A stretch of DNA of 64,000 nt from the human T2T-CHM13v2.0 reference genome, Homo sapiens. Shown here in pieces: positions 51,601 through 64,000 of this stretch. Every line of letters starts with the position of its first letter. Positions within the stretch are counted from its first letter, which is position 1. The stretch lies in assembly GCF_009914755.1 (NCBI RefSeq), contig NC_060947.1; one strand, written 5' to 3'. Below the pieces are notes generated by a model. It was not told where the DNA came from. It did not search any database and saw nothing but the letters and a program-made list of their open reading frames with translations. Position numbers and translations under genes: made by a program.

Positions 51601-53170
51601 GGGGGCACCTGTGGAACCTTCCCGAGAGGAACCGTTAGTGTCGCTTGAAGGTTCCAATTCAGCCGTTACCATGGAACTTTCAGAACCTGTTGTAGAAAAT
51701 GGAGAGGTGGAAATGGCCCTAGAAGAATCATGGGAGCACAGTAAAGAAGTAAGTGAAGCCGAGCCTGGGGGTGGTTCCTCGGGAGATTCAGGGCCCCCAG
51801 AAGAAAGTGGCCAGGAAATGATGGAGGAAAAAGAGGAAATAAGAAAATCCAAATCTGTGATCGTACCCTCAGGTGCACCTAAGAAAGAACACGTAAATGT
51901 AGTATTCATTGGCCATGTAGACGCTGGCAAGTCAACCATCGGAGGACAGATAATGTTTTTGACTGGAATGGTTGACAAAAGAACACTGGAGAAATATGAA
52001 AGAGAAGCTAAGGAAAAAAACAGAGAAACCTGGTATTTGTCCTGGGCCTTAGATACAAATCAGGAGGAACGAGACAAGGGTAAAACAGTCGAAGTGGGTC
52101 GTGCCTATTTTGAAACAGAAAGGAAACATTTCACAATTTTAGATGCCCCTGGCCACAAGAGTTTTGTCCCAAATATGATTGGTGGTGCTTCTCAAGCTGA
52201 TTTGGCTGTGCTGGTCATCTCTGCCAGGAAAGGAGAGTTTGAAACTGGATTTGAAAAAGGTGGACAGACAAGAGAACATGCGATGTTGGCAAAAACGGCA
52301 GGGGTAAAACATTTAATAGTGCTTATTAATAAGATGGATGATCCCACAGTAAATTGGAGCATCGAGAGATATGAAGAATGTAAAGAAAAACTGGTGCCCT
52401 TTTTGAAAAAAGTAGGCTTCAGTCCAAAAAAGGACATTCACTTTATGCCCTGCTCAGGACTGACCGGAGCAAATATTAAAGAGCAGTCAGATTTCTGCCC
52501 TTGGTACACTGGATTACCATTTATTCCGTATTTGGATAACTTGCCAAACTTCAACAGATCAATTGATGGACCAATAAGACTGCCAATTGTGGATAAGTAC
52601 AAAGATATGGGCACTGTGGTCCTGGGAAAGCTGGAATCCGGGTCCATTTTTAAAGGCCAGCAGCTCGTGATGATGCCAAACAAGCACAATGTAGAAGTTC
52701 TTGGAATACTTTCTGATGATACTGAAACTGATTTTGTAGCCCCAGGTGAAAACCTCAAAATCAGACTGAAGGGAATTGAAGAAGAAGAGATTCTTCCAGG
52801 ATTCATACTTTGTGATCCTAGTAACCTCTGCCATTCTGGACGCACGTTTGATGTTCAGATAGTGATTATTGAGCACAAATCCATCATCTGCCCAGGTTAT
52901 AATGCGGTGCTGCACATTCATACTTGTATTGAGGAAGTTGAGATAACAGCGTTAATCTCCTTGGTAGACAAAAAATCAGGAGAAAAAAGTAAGACACGAC
53001 CCCGCTTCGTGAAACAAGATCAAGTATGCATTGCTCGTTTAAGGACAGCAGGAACCATCTGCCTCGAGACGTTCAAAGATTTTCCTCAGATGGGTCGTTT
53101 TACTTTAAGAGATGAGGGTAAGACCATTGCAATTGGAAAAGTTCTGAAATTGGTCCCAGAGAAGGACTAA
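51284..53170 (+). CDS. GSPT2: Eukaryotic peptide chain release factor GTP-binding subunit eRF3b, intronless GSPT1 retrogene, 628 aa
   Basis: ATG in ACCATGG at 51284 (33 codons into the listed TTG ORF). Overlapping PAM2 motifs LNVNAKPFVPNVHAAEFVP; G1 GHVDAGKST, G3 DAPGH, G4 NKMD; GRFTLRD eRF1-binding motif. Lacks the GSPT1 poly-Gly tract. No introns. Confidence 0.98.
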   Translation: MDSGSSSSDSAPDCWDQVDMESPGSAPSGDGVSSAVAEAQREPLSSAFSRKLNVNAKPFVPNVHAAEFVPSFLRGPTQPPTLPAGSGSNDETCTGAGYPQGKRMGRGAPVEPSREEPLVSLEGSNSAVTMELSEPVVENGEVEMALEESWEHSKEVSEAEPGGGSSGDSGPPEESGQEMMEEKEEIRKSKSVIVPSGAPKKEHVNVVFIGHVDAGKSTIGGQIMFLTGMVDKRTLEKYEREAKEKNRETWYLSWALDTNQEERDKGKTVEVGRAYFETERKHFTILDAPGHKSFVPNMIGGASQADLAVLVISARKGEFETGFEKGGQTREHAMLAKTAGVKHLIVLINKMDDPTVNWSIERYEECKEKLVPFLKKVGFSPKKDIHFMPCSGLTGANIKEQSDFCPWYTGLPFIPYLDNLPNFNRSIDGPIRLPIVDKYKDMGTVVLGKLESGSIFKGQQLVMMPNKHNVEVLGILSDDTETDFVAPGENLKIRLKGIEEEEILPGFILCDPSNLCHSGRTFDVQIVIIEHKSIICPGYNAVLHIHTCIEEVEITALISLVDKKSGEKSKTRPRFVKQDQVCIARLRTAGTICLETFKDFPQMGRFTLRDEGKTIAIGKVLKLVPEKD

Positions 53171-53566
53171 GCAATTTTCTTGATGCCTCTGCAAGATACT
53201 GTGAGGAGAATTGACAGCAAAAGTTCACCACCTACTCTTATTTACTGCCCATTGATTGACTTTTCTTCATATTTTGCAAAGAGAAATTTCACAGCAAAAA
53301 TTCATGTTTTGTCAGCTTTCTCATGTTGAGATCTGTTATGTCACTGATGAATTTACCCTCAAGTTTCCTTCCTCTGTACCACTCTGCTTCCTTGGACAAT
53401 ATCAGTAATAGCTTTGTAAGTGATGTGGACGTAATTGCCTACAGTAATGAAAAATTAATGTACTTTAATTTTTCATTTTCTTTTAGGATATTTAGACCAC
53501 CCTTGTTCCACGCAAACCAGAGTGTGTCAGTGTTTGTGTGTGTGTTAAAATGATAACTAACATGTG

Positions 53567-53572
53567 AATAAA
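53567..53572 (+). terminator. Proximal AATAAA polyadenylation signal of GSPT2
   Basis: Canonical hexamer about 400 nt after the stop codon. Confidence 0.65.
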
Positions 53573-53848
53573 ATACTCCATTTGAAACTCTTCGGTTATT
53601 TGAAATGCTTTTGAATAATGTTTAAATGTCATTATGTAATGCTATTCAATTAGCTTTATTACTTTCTCAAATAGTTGAATATGTTCTATCACTTAAAAAC
53701 TTAAAAACTCTTCACCACTTACTGTTTTAAGTGAGGAATTTACAAACAATGCATAAGTGTGTATTAAAGGAATAATTTTAATTTTGAGAAAAAAACGTAT
53801 GTTAAGGCTCTTCCCAGTGGGCTTTGTTTTCTCTGTCCAAGTCCAGTC

Positions 53849-53854
53849 AATAAA
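53849..53854 (+). terminator. Distal AATAAA polyadenylation signal of GSPT2
   Basis: Canonical hexamer followed by U/GU-rich sequence. Confidence 0.65.
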
Positions 53855-53917
53855 GGAGCTCTTCTGCTTCCCCACTTGTGATTTGAAAATGAAAGGCTCA
53901 GGCCGTCTTTATTTGTA

Positions 53918-54258
53918 TAGCAGTAGTTCATGTAACATTATCCATAGGTTCTTGAAGACTACAACATTAAGCAAAACAATGTACAGCAGGTGTACATCGT
54001 ACAACAATGCACAATGTATGACATTGTTCAATGTTGTTATGACATTGTTCAATGTTGTTATGACATTGTTCAATGTTGTTATGACCTTGTTCAATGTTGT
54101 TTAGTTATGACATTGTTCAATGTTGTTTAGTTATGACATTGTTCAATGTTGTTTAGTTATGACATTGATAAGGGGAAAAATTCATTTTGTTAGATGTTAT
54201 TTCACTTGAAGTCACAATTTCCAAGAACCAGTGGACTATGTTAAGTGAGGACTTACTG
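53918..54258 (+). mobile_element. MER6B-like TcMar-Tigger MITE with internal minisatellite
   Basis: Right TIR GTTAAGTGAGGACTTACTG followed by TA; degenerate left TIR after TA; internal AATGTACAGCAGGT and TTTCCAAGAACC match the MER6 family. Confidence 0.75.
54017..54167 (+). repeat. Minisatellite TATGACATTGTTCAATGTTGT: 6 full 21-bp units and 1 partial; TTAGT precedes units 5, 6 and 7
   Basis: Units start at 54017, 54038, 54059, 54080, 54106, 54132 and 54158. Confidence 0.97.
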
Positions 54259-54317
54259 TATTCCATCAGGTCCCATCACGTTAAGCATGGCCAAATTATA
54301 GGAGATTTGGACCATAG

Positions 54318-55200
<883 letters not shown>

Positions 55201-56767
55201 GGATTTTTATTTTGTCATACATAAGCTAACCTAATCCACACGGATGTGCCTCATACGTCTTGGACCCAGTTTTTTAATCATTAGAATGTCAATGGCAAGA
55301 GTTTTATTTTTATCATAAGAGCTCTATGCACTGAACCTCATACAAAATACAAACCATCCAGTACTTGGTAAGTTTTGCCCTGGAAGCCACTTTATAAGCA
55401 ATTATTTTTGCTGCTGCATCAATCTCATTGTTTTGTAATTTTAGTGATTTACCAGTAGTATTTTGTGGCTGTGTTCCACTGATAGGCCAAAACCACAAGC
55501 CAGGACAGAACTCTTTGTCTCCATCCAATTTGGATGATTTCCCATCAAAAACTGGCTCCTAAATGTCTTTCTCATTAGCCAATTGTTTAGCAATTTCCCT
55601 ACCAGACATTCTGAACTGTTTATATATAAATACAAAAACCTTCAGAGAAAAAGACAATTTTTGGAAATAGATTTTAGAAACCAATTATTTGCATTTCAGT
55701 GAGAAGCAGATCATCCAGGTGCTTGGAGATACTGGACTGTCTCTTTAACAAAGTAGATACAAATTCGTGGTAACATTTCTTTCTAACTTCCTGGATACAT
55801 TTCTTTATAGTTGTTGATATCTGATGGTGTTCTCCAATACTCCAAATTGGGGCCATTCACAGAGTACTAGTTTCCCTAGGGCATCCAACTATTTATAAAA
55901 ACCATGTTCAGGGCAGTTTCCTTTCAGAGATCCCCTATTTCCTCTAATTCAGGTCAGTTTGATTTAACTGTCCTCAGAGTTTCATCTCCAATTCCTAGCA
56001 GCCAAGATAATATGGAATCTTCTCAAATCTGGTTGCATACTGTAAGTACTTTATGAGGTTCCTACTTCAGGCTTTCTCAGTGTCTACCCATTTGTTCTTG
56101 GCAATTTTTCTCCCAATTTTCCTTCTTTATTCCTCTGGTCATTATGGGACAAGTCTGAGGAGATTTAAGGAAAGGGGCCAACTTATTCTATACTTCAGCA
56201 AAGACCTGAAAAGGAAAAAAGGGGGAATGTTTGGGCTGGATAGAAGGTAGTAGACCACATTGCTCACTTTGAGCATCTTTCCCTAGTACCTAGGAAAAAC
56301 AGCCAGTGCTTTTACTATCCACTAAAGCCTCTGTTCCTGTCCTCAAAAGACAAATCCTCTCTCAAAATAGACCCTCCTTTCACAATATCATGATTTTGAT
56401 TCATTGCAGTGCAAGAACTTGCCCTTTTTATCATTTACTTATAAACATTTTGCGGTATACATACTCATTTTAGTAAAATGGGGCTGTAAACAAACTATCC
56501 AACAACCACATAAGTTCTGTCAAAACCTGAGCATTTGAGTTGCTCCAGTGCCTGTTTTCATGTCCAATATTACTCTTTCTATATTTTCTGTTAAGACAAT
56601 TGCCATTTTTTTTATTTTTCTAGTTTTCAGTTACAGCATCTACTCATTGGCCATTGAGAGGAAGGAGAATTTGAACCAAGGCTTCTCCCCAGGGACACCA
56701 CTGGTTACTTCCACAGAATGGGGAAAGTGAACTTACCTTAGAATTTGGGAGAGGCTTTTTCAAAACA

Positions 56768-56771
<4 letters not shown>

Positions 56772-56821
<50 letters not shown>
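56772..56821. repeat. (GT)25 microsatellite
   Basis: Read directly. Confidence 0.97.
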
Positions 56822-56822
<1 letters not shown>

Positions 56823-57791
56823 CAGCAAATAACCAAAATCAGCAAGGGAAAGGGAAAAGAAAAGAAGAACCTGCTAAATGAACATGCCATGTATCAGAAC
56901 AAACAGAAGGGAACAAAAGCTCTACTTACATACAGAAGACACAGCTTACAACGCTACACTACAGATCCTGTAAAATACTGAATATTGGCCCCCCACACAG
57001 TTCAGTCCTGCACTAGACTATGCCAGACTGTTTTAGAGAAAATTTATCTAAATTCTAGAGAGATTCTCTTTTCCCACACTTAGCCTTTAAAAATTGTATG
57101 ATTTCTTTCTATAAATCAGTGTTGATAAAAGCTTCAGGCTTTAAGACTCAGACATCAAACAAAAGGGATTTCTGCAAAGCCCCTTGTTTTCTACTTGGAT
57201 TAATATTAAACACTAATACTAAATTTGCATAAACATAATTTGCAGACATTTCTCAGCCCTCTAAAGAAGATGTGTCTCTCTTTGATTGCTGAACTTTTTC
57301 CAAAGTCCAAGCAGATAATATTGAAACTTGGCCTTGGTTTTGGCATACAAGTACAGAAAAAGATTTGTTCATAGTCAGGCTGCTGTACACAATCATGTCG
57401 TTACGTCTCTCACGTGGTAAGATATATATACAAAATATATGCAATTATAGCCCTTCTTTCACATTTGGGGCATTGAGTAAAGGGCCTCCTCTATTCTCTA
57501 ACAGAAACTTAGATGAATTATCTCCTCCTGAGACTTCTTTTACTTGTTCTATGGCAGTGTAACAGTGACCTTTTGCCAAACCAATAAATTCACAAAAGAA
57601 GGACACTTTGTCACACGGCAAGTGACCAAAAAATACCCCAAGTAGCTTCTGTGGGTTTAGCTGGCAGTTCCTGGATTCAATTTTAGTGTTTGATCTCCAC
57701 CCTTGAATCTCTTTTTTGTCTCTTCTTTAATTGATGCTTCTATCACTTTCTAAACTGTCTTAATTTATTTTGCCAGTTTGGTAGTGTATAA

Positions 57792-58041
<250 letters not shown>

Positions 58042-60036
58042 CACCTACCTCAGCCTCCCAGTCATTACATTTTTTAAACATCCAAAGACTTAGATCCTGA
58101 GTGATGTTGGTGACAGAATGCTCCATCCCCAACCACATTCTTCAATGCATGCTAAATTAAAAAGAACTCTTGTCTGAGAGGATCTGAGAGGGTAGGTGGT
58201 CCACAAGCATAAATTTGACACATTTAAGAAGTGAGTGAGGGTTTGAAGGTCAGGAGGTATATTTGAGGAAGCCCTAACCTTAAAGGATGATGATTGCAGC
58301 CAGACGAAATGTGGCTTCCCAAGATCTTCGTGGGGAGTAAAACATCATAGTGACCAAATGTTAAGTCAGGAAGAACTGTTTGCCTCCATGGATGGCACAC
58401 TATTCAAGGCCTGGAGGAAAACTAGGGGCATGAGAAAAATAATACTTATTTGCTAGCAGAATCTGAGCTGAGCTTGGAGGTGGCTAGGGAATGAATGTAT
58501 ATCAGATTCATTCCATAAGACAAAGAAGTCAAAGCTGCTGGCAATACAGACAGCATGGGAGCCAACTCTGAGGGTGGTGAGATTGCCAAGCCTCACAGAC
58601 TTCCATGTACAAGTATTAGACTCCACATATCTACCAATGCCTGACTAAGTTAGTGGCACCCAAGATACCACATATGACCTGAGTGTGCAGCCTGTCAGTA
58701 GCTACAATGAAGGGCAAGTTCTGCTCTGGGCCACCCTTGGGCCCTCAACTCTGCCAACAGTTCCCACCATCAGACTGGGGGCCAAAATCAAAATACATTC
58801 TCCTCCCAACATGAAATATGCCTAGCATTGTGCTGAGCAAACAATTGACCTTTTCCCTTTCCCTGCTGGTATTTCTCATGGTGAACTTGGTATCCACAGA
58901 AGTAGCTATGATCCATGGCAGAGAGAAAAAGTAATGAATGCCCTGTGGAACCACCAATTAGAATTCTGAGCAAAGCATCTAGCCCCTCCCCTATGAGCCT
59001 CTTGTCCCTCCTGCATAACAGTGATATAATGCCAGTTACTTGGTTTGTAGAACTGTTGTGAGGACCGAACAAGGTAGCAAATACAAAAATTGCCTGGATG
59101 CAGTATGTGGCTCAATCGCTTTGAGTTTATTCCCTTCAGTCCATATTCAGTCCTTACTCCTGACTGTATTTTTGACTCTAAGAGCTCTGCTTCTCCCTTC
59201 TCACTGGATTTGCTAATTGCTTACCCAACAGCGTTTTCTACTAATGCCCAGTGATAACAAAAACTGATTTTGTTCAAAGAAGGAATATGTTCAGTTTCGG
59301 GGCAAGGGTGGGGAGGCTCAGAAATTCTCCAATCCAAGCATGGCTATCCTATTCTCCTTGGTTATATGATGGTTTTTCCAGCCTCCCCTACAGCTAGGGG
59401 TGAACATGTGACCCAGTTCTGCCCAATGAGGTGTACAGAGAATACTTTAGGACTTCTGTAAAAGAGGCTGTTTCTTAATAAGAAGGACAGATGTGAGAGA
59501 ATGGTGGTACTTGGAATGTGATAGAGATGCCTGGAGCTGTTGCAGCCACATTGTAACAAACATGAGGTCCCAGAGTAAACTTCATGAAAATAGTCGAGCT
59601 GGAATATGGAAACTGTGGTGTCCTTCAGGCATATTTGAGCAACTGAACCAGTGCAAGCATACTTCCAGACTTCTTATGGGGAGGGGAAAAAATTAAGGTC
59701 CTGTTTGTTTATACTGTTTGCTCTAAACTTTAACTGCACAGTAAATTTATTTGAAGGTAGCATTTAGAAGTGCTAATGCCTTAGCCCCATATCTAGAAAT
59801 TCTGATTTCATTAGTCTATATTGTGACTCTGTACACTTTTTAAAACTTTCTGTTATAAATAGTGTGAGATACATGGCAAGATATTATACAGAATGCATGT
59901 AGATTTTACACAGCTTCATTAGTTAATAACTCTTGGTCAATATAATTTTATCTAAACCCTCACCAACTTCTCTCCACCCAAAGATTAGTTTGCAGCTAAT
60001 CTTAAACATCATATCACTTAATAAAAGATTATTTCA

Positions 60037-60405
<369 letters not shown>

Positions 60406-61245
60406 TTATAATTCCCAAATATCTTCACATACTCATTCCTAGTTCAAATTGTCCAATTGCTTATAAATATTTAATTTTTGAAATTTGATTTTCAACTCAG
60501 GATTCAATTTACTCTCATGCATTATAATTTGTTGAATCTCTTTTAATCTATAAGTTGCCCCTTCTCTGTTTTTTTTTCCTTGCAATTTATTTGTTGAAGA
60601 ATTTGGGTCCTTTATTCTCTAGAGTTTCTTACAGTCTGGCTTTTGCTGACATCCTTCCTTTGTTACTGTTTAACATGTCCCTCTGTGTCCTGTCTTCTCT
60701 GTAAATTGGTTGTTAGAGCTACCTGGGAAGTGTCTGGTTATCTCCTTTTTTAGCAGACATTGATGATTATTGGCTAGATCCAATATTTCATCACAGATTG
60801 TAGAATGAAGATGTTCCATTTATCTTTCTACATTTATTAGCTAAGATATGTCTTTAAGAAGAATCTTCCCCTCATTTACTATTTGGTGACACAGTAAATA
60901 GTATATATGCAAATAGAAGGCTAATTATTTGATTCTTTCCTTTTATTTACTGGTTTTCAAATAATGAATTTATTCCCTATCAGTTTTAGAGATGACCACA
61001 AAGTATATTTTGGAGTCATTATGAACACAATATTTAAACACACTTAATGTGTTTAAGTCTGTTTAGTTGTTATTCTTATATATGCTCAAACTGTTCCATT
61101 TTTAGGCATTCAGGCTCTTCAGGTTGGCTCTTGAATTCTTTTTACATTACCCCAGTAGTCTGTGATAGCTTCCTGTTTTCTTGTACATCAGGTTGTTCCA
61201 GTCTCACCTTATACATTTCCCAAAATCAGCTCATTCATTATGTAC

Positions 61246-61248
<3 letters not shown>

Positions 61249-61287
<39 letters not shown>
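61249..61287. repeat. T39 homopolymer
   Basis: Read directly. Confidence 0.95.
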
Positions 61288-61288
<1 letters not shown>

Positions 61289-63419
61289 GTGAGAAATGCT
61301 TTTTTAGAGAGTAAAATCATCAGGCTTAACTGCATGCCACTGGGTTCATCATGGTTTCTGGTGCTTTGTAGAGTACTGAACTAAGAAATACATATTTAAG
61401 CAAAATACATCATGAGTTTATACTCATAATTCCCATTCAAATTTAGGGCTCCAGCATACGTACTTTATGTCATTAATTTTACTTCGGTATATCCTTTCTA
61501 TGAAGCCACAAGTACTGACTCCCAATGATGCCAACAAAATTACTCATTAGTATTATCCCCCAATTTACACCTGACAATATCTGAAAAACATGCCAACACT
61601 ACCATTAAAAATGCTAATTCTGAAAACAGTTTAAATATTTTGTGTGGTTCTTTTGATCCTCAGGTTGTATCTCACTAGGAATAGAATGTACAGAACAAAT
61701 GACTATGTTTATAAACCATTTGAAATAGTTTCTCTATGTATGATAATGCCACCAACTAAATGTAAAATAAAATCAATTTTGCTTTTCATTGATAGGAATT
61801 ATTTTATATTATTTAATTAGTTTTTATAAATATGTGGAAAGTTTACATAGTACCAAAGTCAAACCTACAAAACAACACATTTGAGCAAAGTCCCCCTTGT
61901 ATTCTTGTCCCTCTCACTCTGAACCTTCTTTCCCCTGGGTACATTTTTTTCTAGTTTGTTGATTATAATTCCATATATGGATTTATTCACCATTTTTGCT
62001 AAATAATAATACACTATGCAGTTTTCTCCAACTTGATTTTTTTTGTTTACCAATATATCCTGGAGAGTGCTCCAAATCAACATATAGAAATAGTTATTTT
62101 TTATAATTGCATAATATTCAATTATTTTATTTGTCAAGTCCTCTATTAATGGTTATTTAATCATCCCAATTTTTTCCATAACACATACTTCCATAATCAG
62201 CAACATTTTCATATTTCCCCAGTGTTTCTTTGATTTTGAGAATTGGGATTTATAGGCCAACATGTATTCATATATGCTAGATCTTGCCAAATTCCCCTCC
62301 ATAAGAATTTTGCCTTTTTGTAGGGAGTTTAGTCTTTTTAAAAAGTTTCTCAGGTGATTTTGTGACTTAAACCACTGGTTTAAGTCATTGTTACTGGGTT
62401 TTTGTTGCTTGTTTTGTTATTGATGCTAAACACATAATAACCTAGTGTAAACTACATAATTGGAATCTTCCTACTAGATCCAATACTAGTAGAGATCACG
62501 GACTGTGCTGTGTTCTTAATACCCACAGTGGCTAGCACAGGGACTAGAACAAAGCTTATTAAATGTATGTTGAGTGTTAAATGAGGCAGTGAAATGTAGT
62601 GACATCACCGTTAATCTATTTCTTATAAAAAATATATTACTGTGCCTGCCTCTACATCAGATGTTTCATTCTCTGAAGGCATGAAGTGGGTATTATTGAT
62701 ACATTAATGTAGCAAACATTTATTTAGAGTGTACCATGTGACAGTAGTATTCTAGATGATGTACATAGAATAAAAACAAAACAGGCAAAAATCTATGCCC
62801 CTGTGGAGTATTACATTTTAGCAGAATTTAAAGAATTTAAGAATTGAATATAAGCGGGATAGTACTTAGTGTTAATAAGAATATTATAACAGTGTGACCA
62901 TGAGACTGACAGGGATTTTAAGCTGTGGCTAGACCTGCCCATGCCTTTTAAGCAGAAACCTGAATTAAGTGAAAGATGGCTTGGCATAGAGGGCATCTTT
63001 GAATATTCATTGAATTAATGAATATGACTGCCAAGAGAATCTTCTGCCTCTGGCTATGTACCAGTCACCAGATTAGGGCATCTCTCCCTATTCCTGTATG
63101 CTAAGTTCCTCCCTTTCCATCCCCTAAAATGTCCCATAAGAAATCCACCTGGGACAAACTGGACCTCCGGATCCTGAGTGATAAGCTGGGATTACAGGCA
63201 TGAGCCACCGTGCCTGGCCATAATTGACTTAGATTTAAATTAAATCTTTTTACTTCCACTTATTAATGATGCAATAGTTTTTTCTTGCTCTCCTTTTCCT
63301 TGTTCCTTTTTCTTCTCTTTTAATGCTCTCTTTCTGTCTCAAAATCTAAAACGTTTTCATATTCTTTCACCCTAGTCCCCAAACTTTGTTTTTGTCTTTG
63401 TAAATGCTGAAAGTCACAA

Positions 63420-64000
63420 TTCCCAATGAAGGCAAAACAGTTATGAATATTTATGCACAAGATAACACATGCATATTTTTATAAAGCACAAATTATAGGA
63501 GATGCAGGGAGGAATATACAGGAACATGCCAATAACAGAGTATAACACAACTGTCCAAGACAGGCCAAATGGACAAAAAATAAGCAAGGATATAGAAGAC
63601 CTATTTCACATAATCAATAAGGTAGATCTTCTGGATATATATCAAACTTTACAACTAGATAATTGAAAAATACTTTCTCAAGCACCCAAGGAATATTCAT
63701 AAAACTTTACCATATTCCAGGTCACAAAGAAAGTATCATCAAATTCAATAATGTAGAAATAACACAGCCAGCATTCATTTGTCATAATGTATAGCTAAAA
63801 AAATAAGTCTTTCCCAGGTTAAATTTTAAAACTCTCTACTTAAAGCAAAATAAAATAAAAACTCCTGAGTGAAAGGGGAAATACAAACCAAAATTGCAGT
63901 TTTAAAAAACAAAACAATGTTATTAGAAAGTCTACGTAGCATAATATGTGTGATACGTATTTCAACCCTAAAGTTAGGCAAAGGTCAACAAAGTAAACCA
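63420..64000 (+). mobile_element. Old L1M ORF2 endonuclease region
   Basis: AAATAAGCAAGGATATAGAAGACCT, CTTTCTCAAGCACCCAAGGAATATTCATAAAACTTTACCATAT. Confidence 0.7.

Noticed and set aside
54017-54167. CRISPR-like array, or the repetitive ORFs (MTLFNVV)n and (NNVITTL)n
   Set aside because: Head-to-tail repeats with no unique spacers, no cas genes and a human context; the ORFs are by-products of a 21-bp unit.

Overview
This is eukaryotic, repeat-rich DNA that I recognise as human Xp11.22, from the two genes and the primate Alu/LTR content. It holds two intronless retrogenes, each on a CpG island: CENPVL1-type CENP-V-like (18164-18982, +, 272 aa) and GSPT2/eRF3b (51284-53170, +, 628 aa). The window starts at the centre of a large palindrome: 1-510 is the reverse complement of 7911-8420, enclosing a 7,400-bp spacer, and the right arm probably continues through CENPVL1. 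The rest is mostly L1, L2, MIR, Alu, MaLR/ERV LTRs and DNA-transposon fossils. I found no credible new protein-coding system, RNA gene or CRISPR array. The most interesting signals are structural: (i) the palindrome and its asymmetric inner junction; (ii) an old direct duplication bracketing GSPT2; (iii) a hairpin-rich templated insertion at about 38.3 kb; (iv) a MITE-derived minisatellite of SOX-like motifs just 3' of GSPT2; (v) apparent GC-biased gene conversion on CENPVL1 and its flanks; (vi) a decayed retroviral pol next to GSPT2. Repeat subfamily names are recalled from consensus sequences, not from a search. Boundaries without target-site duplications (TSDs) are approximate.
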